Source: Eledone cirrhosa (taxonomy: Eukaryota). Taken from it: a DNA stretch of 64,000 nucleotides. Both the position numbers and the translations under genes were made by a program. Where the stretch lies: contig OZ024766.1 of the NCBI GenBank assembly GCA_964016885.1, forward strand, positions 1,860,001 through 1,924,000, in the 5' to 3' direction. The notes beneath the pieces were generated by a model, which made no database searches, was not told the origin of the DNA, and was given only the letters and a program-made list of their open reading frames with translations. Positions within the stretch are counted from its first letter, which is position 1. Each line of letters begins with the position of its first letter. This document shows positions 61,562 to 64,000 of the stretch, piece after piece.

Positions 61562-63319
61562 GATTACGTCAGTAAGGAAGCTTGTCACACACACACACAC
61601 ATACATACATACACACACACCGTATAATCACACATACGCACACACACATACATACACACCTACACATAAACACATTGTATAATCACACACACACACACAT
61701 ACATACATACACACACACCGTATAATCACACACACACATACACACACACCAACACATAAACACACCGTATAATCACACACACACATTGTATAATCACATA
61801 CATACATACGCACACACACATTGTATAATCACATACACACATACGCACACACACATCATATAATCACACACACACACATTGTATAATCACATACACACAC
61901 CTACACACACACACACATTGTATAATCACATGCACACACACATCATATAATCACACACACACACATTGTATAATCACATACACACACACATACACATAAA
62001 CACATCGTATAATCACACACATACACATCCGATATGTATGTGCGCGTGCACATACATATCTGATCACACGCGCACACATACACATGCATACACACACACA
62101 CATCCAATCACACATGCATACACACACACACATCCAATCACACATGCATACACACACATCCGATCACACACACACACAGACACACTCATCTGATTGCATA
62201 CACACACACACATGTGCTCATATATGTGTATGTCTGGCTGAACCACCATAAACACACACATCTCTACCCTATATACACATACATACACACATCACACATA
62301 CATACACACACACACTCACACATACACTCACACACACATACACTCACACACATACACACACACATACATACACACACATACATACACACACACACATCGT
62401 CGCCATTTAACGTCAATTTTCACGTTATTAAGCTAGACGGATCAGATAACTGTGTCTTGCTTGTATGCCAACCACTTTACAGAGTGTACTGGGTGTATTA
62501 TATCATGACACCAACACTACCACTTTACAGAGTGTACTGGGTGTATTCTATCATGACACCAACACTACCACTTTACAGGGTGTACTGGGTGTATTCTATT
62601 GTTATATGTGTGTGTATATGTTTGTATGTGTGTGTATGTATACGTGTATATGTATAAGTGTGCATATCTTTAAGTGTGTGTATATGTATAGGTGTATATG
62701 TATGTGTGTATATGTATAGGTGTATATGTATGTGTATATGTATAGGTGTATATGTATGTGTGTATATGTATAGGTGTATATGTATGTGTGTATATGTATA
62801 GGTGTATGTGTATAGGTGTATATGTATAGGTGTATATGTATAGGTGTATATGTATGTGTATATGTATAGGTGTATATGTATGTGTGTATATGTATAGGTG
62901 TATATGTATAGGTGTATATGTATGTGTATATGTATAGGTGTATATGTATGTGTGTATGTATAGGTGTATATGTATGTGTATATGTATAGGTGTATATGTA
63001 TGTGTGTATATGTATAGGTGTATATGTATAGGTGTATATGTATGTGTGTATATGTATAGGTGTATATGTATAGGTGTATATGTATGTGTATATGTATGTG
63101 TGTATATGTATAGGTGTGGTAAAAAACAATTGTTAGGCTCCATCCACACACATCTGCCCCTGACCCCGCCAAACCTCAATTCCCTACCCCCCTCACACCA
63201 AAGGCATCACACCATTGGTCTTAGATGCTTTTAAACGACATTCATAAGAACAACAACAACATTGATGACATAACTTTCTTTATTATTACCACAAGGGGGC
63301 GCTTTTTATTATAAATGAG

Positions 63320-63353
<34 letters not shown>

Positions 63354-63359
63354 AGTTGG

Positions 63360-63365
63360 AATAAA
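63360..63365 (+). promoter_or_regulatory. Candidate poly(A) signal AATAAA in putative 3' UTR
   Basis: AATAAA downstream of the stop codon, followed by T/GT-rich sequence. Confidence 0.3.
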
Positions 63366-64000
63366 ACAAATCACTGTTAAAATATTGTACTAATAATTGT
63401 TTCTTATTAATTGATGTACTATTATTGTATTTGCCAGCGTGTTGGATGCACTTTTTGTTTCAGAAAAAGAAAAAAAAACGCATTAAAAATCATTTCCCCT
63501 GCATTCAATCCACCCATATCTATGACTAGCTGAGGTACCTGGCTTTACCTGGGAGAACAGTGAAGAGAAGACATGAATGTGTTGTCTGGTATGAGGTGAG
63601 ACTGTAATGTGTGTGAGAGAGAGATAACAATCATAAAACTTCCTTATTAGGCTGGGGGAGTAAACTGCCGATTAAATGGCAGCATTGGCCTTGGATTTAA
63701 AATGTGAAATAACCATAGTCAGTACGATCTTATTCAGCTCCAAAGGACGTCATCTGAAACACAGTAATATACCACATAACATTGCTTCTGAAGTGTTTTG
63801 CTTTGTTAGTACGGTCTGTAAGCAGTATAGGGATAAAAGCTGGAGGGTAGATTAATTTCAAATAGTATCAGTTTTTCTTTGTTCTGTAAAACCAAAGACT
63901 GTAAAACTACTTTATAAAAGCTAACACAATATTGTTAAACCTTCCTATAGATCAAAGGATCTCTAGTTTAAGCTGTTTCTAGACTTTTGTGGGACGTTAC

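Overview
Repeat-rich animal genomic DNA. SINE families, TA/TG microsatellite load and a C2H2-ZNF fragment suggest an octopus or other coleoid cephalopod (inference). One + strand gene spans most of the window (13045-61523). I could assemble 18 phase-consistent GT-AG exons, giving about 2786 aa after correcting one apparent extra G in exon 9. It encodes a POGZ/ZNF280/Row-family zinc-finger protein with an HPZ-type HP1-binding finger but no pogo transposase domain. Instead it carries a ~100-aa unassigned helical domain present twice (exons 1 and 16), a 4.7-kb low-complexity exon and an RGG/YG tail. Introns and the 5' flank hold tRNA-derived SINEs, a VNTR-bearing retroelement family, Helitron pieces, piggyBac- and mariner/pogo-type MITEs, RTE/R4/Tx1-like LINE fragments and many TE-seeded minisatellites. 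Most notable: several type-I hammerhead-ribozyme motifs, mostly sense-oriented in introns and several embedded in long inverted repeats, and two paralogous candidate alternative terminal exons. Nearly all ORF-track entries are microsatellite artefacts.
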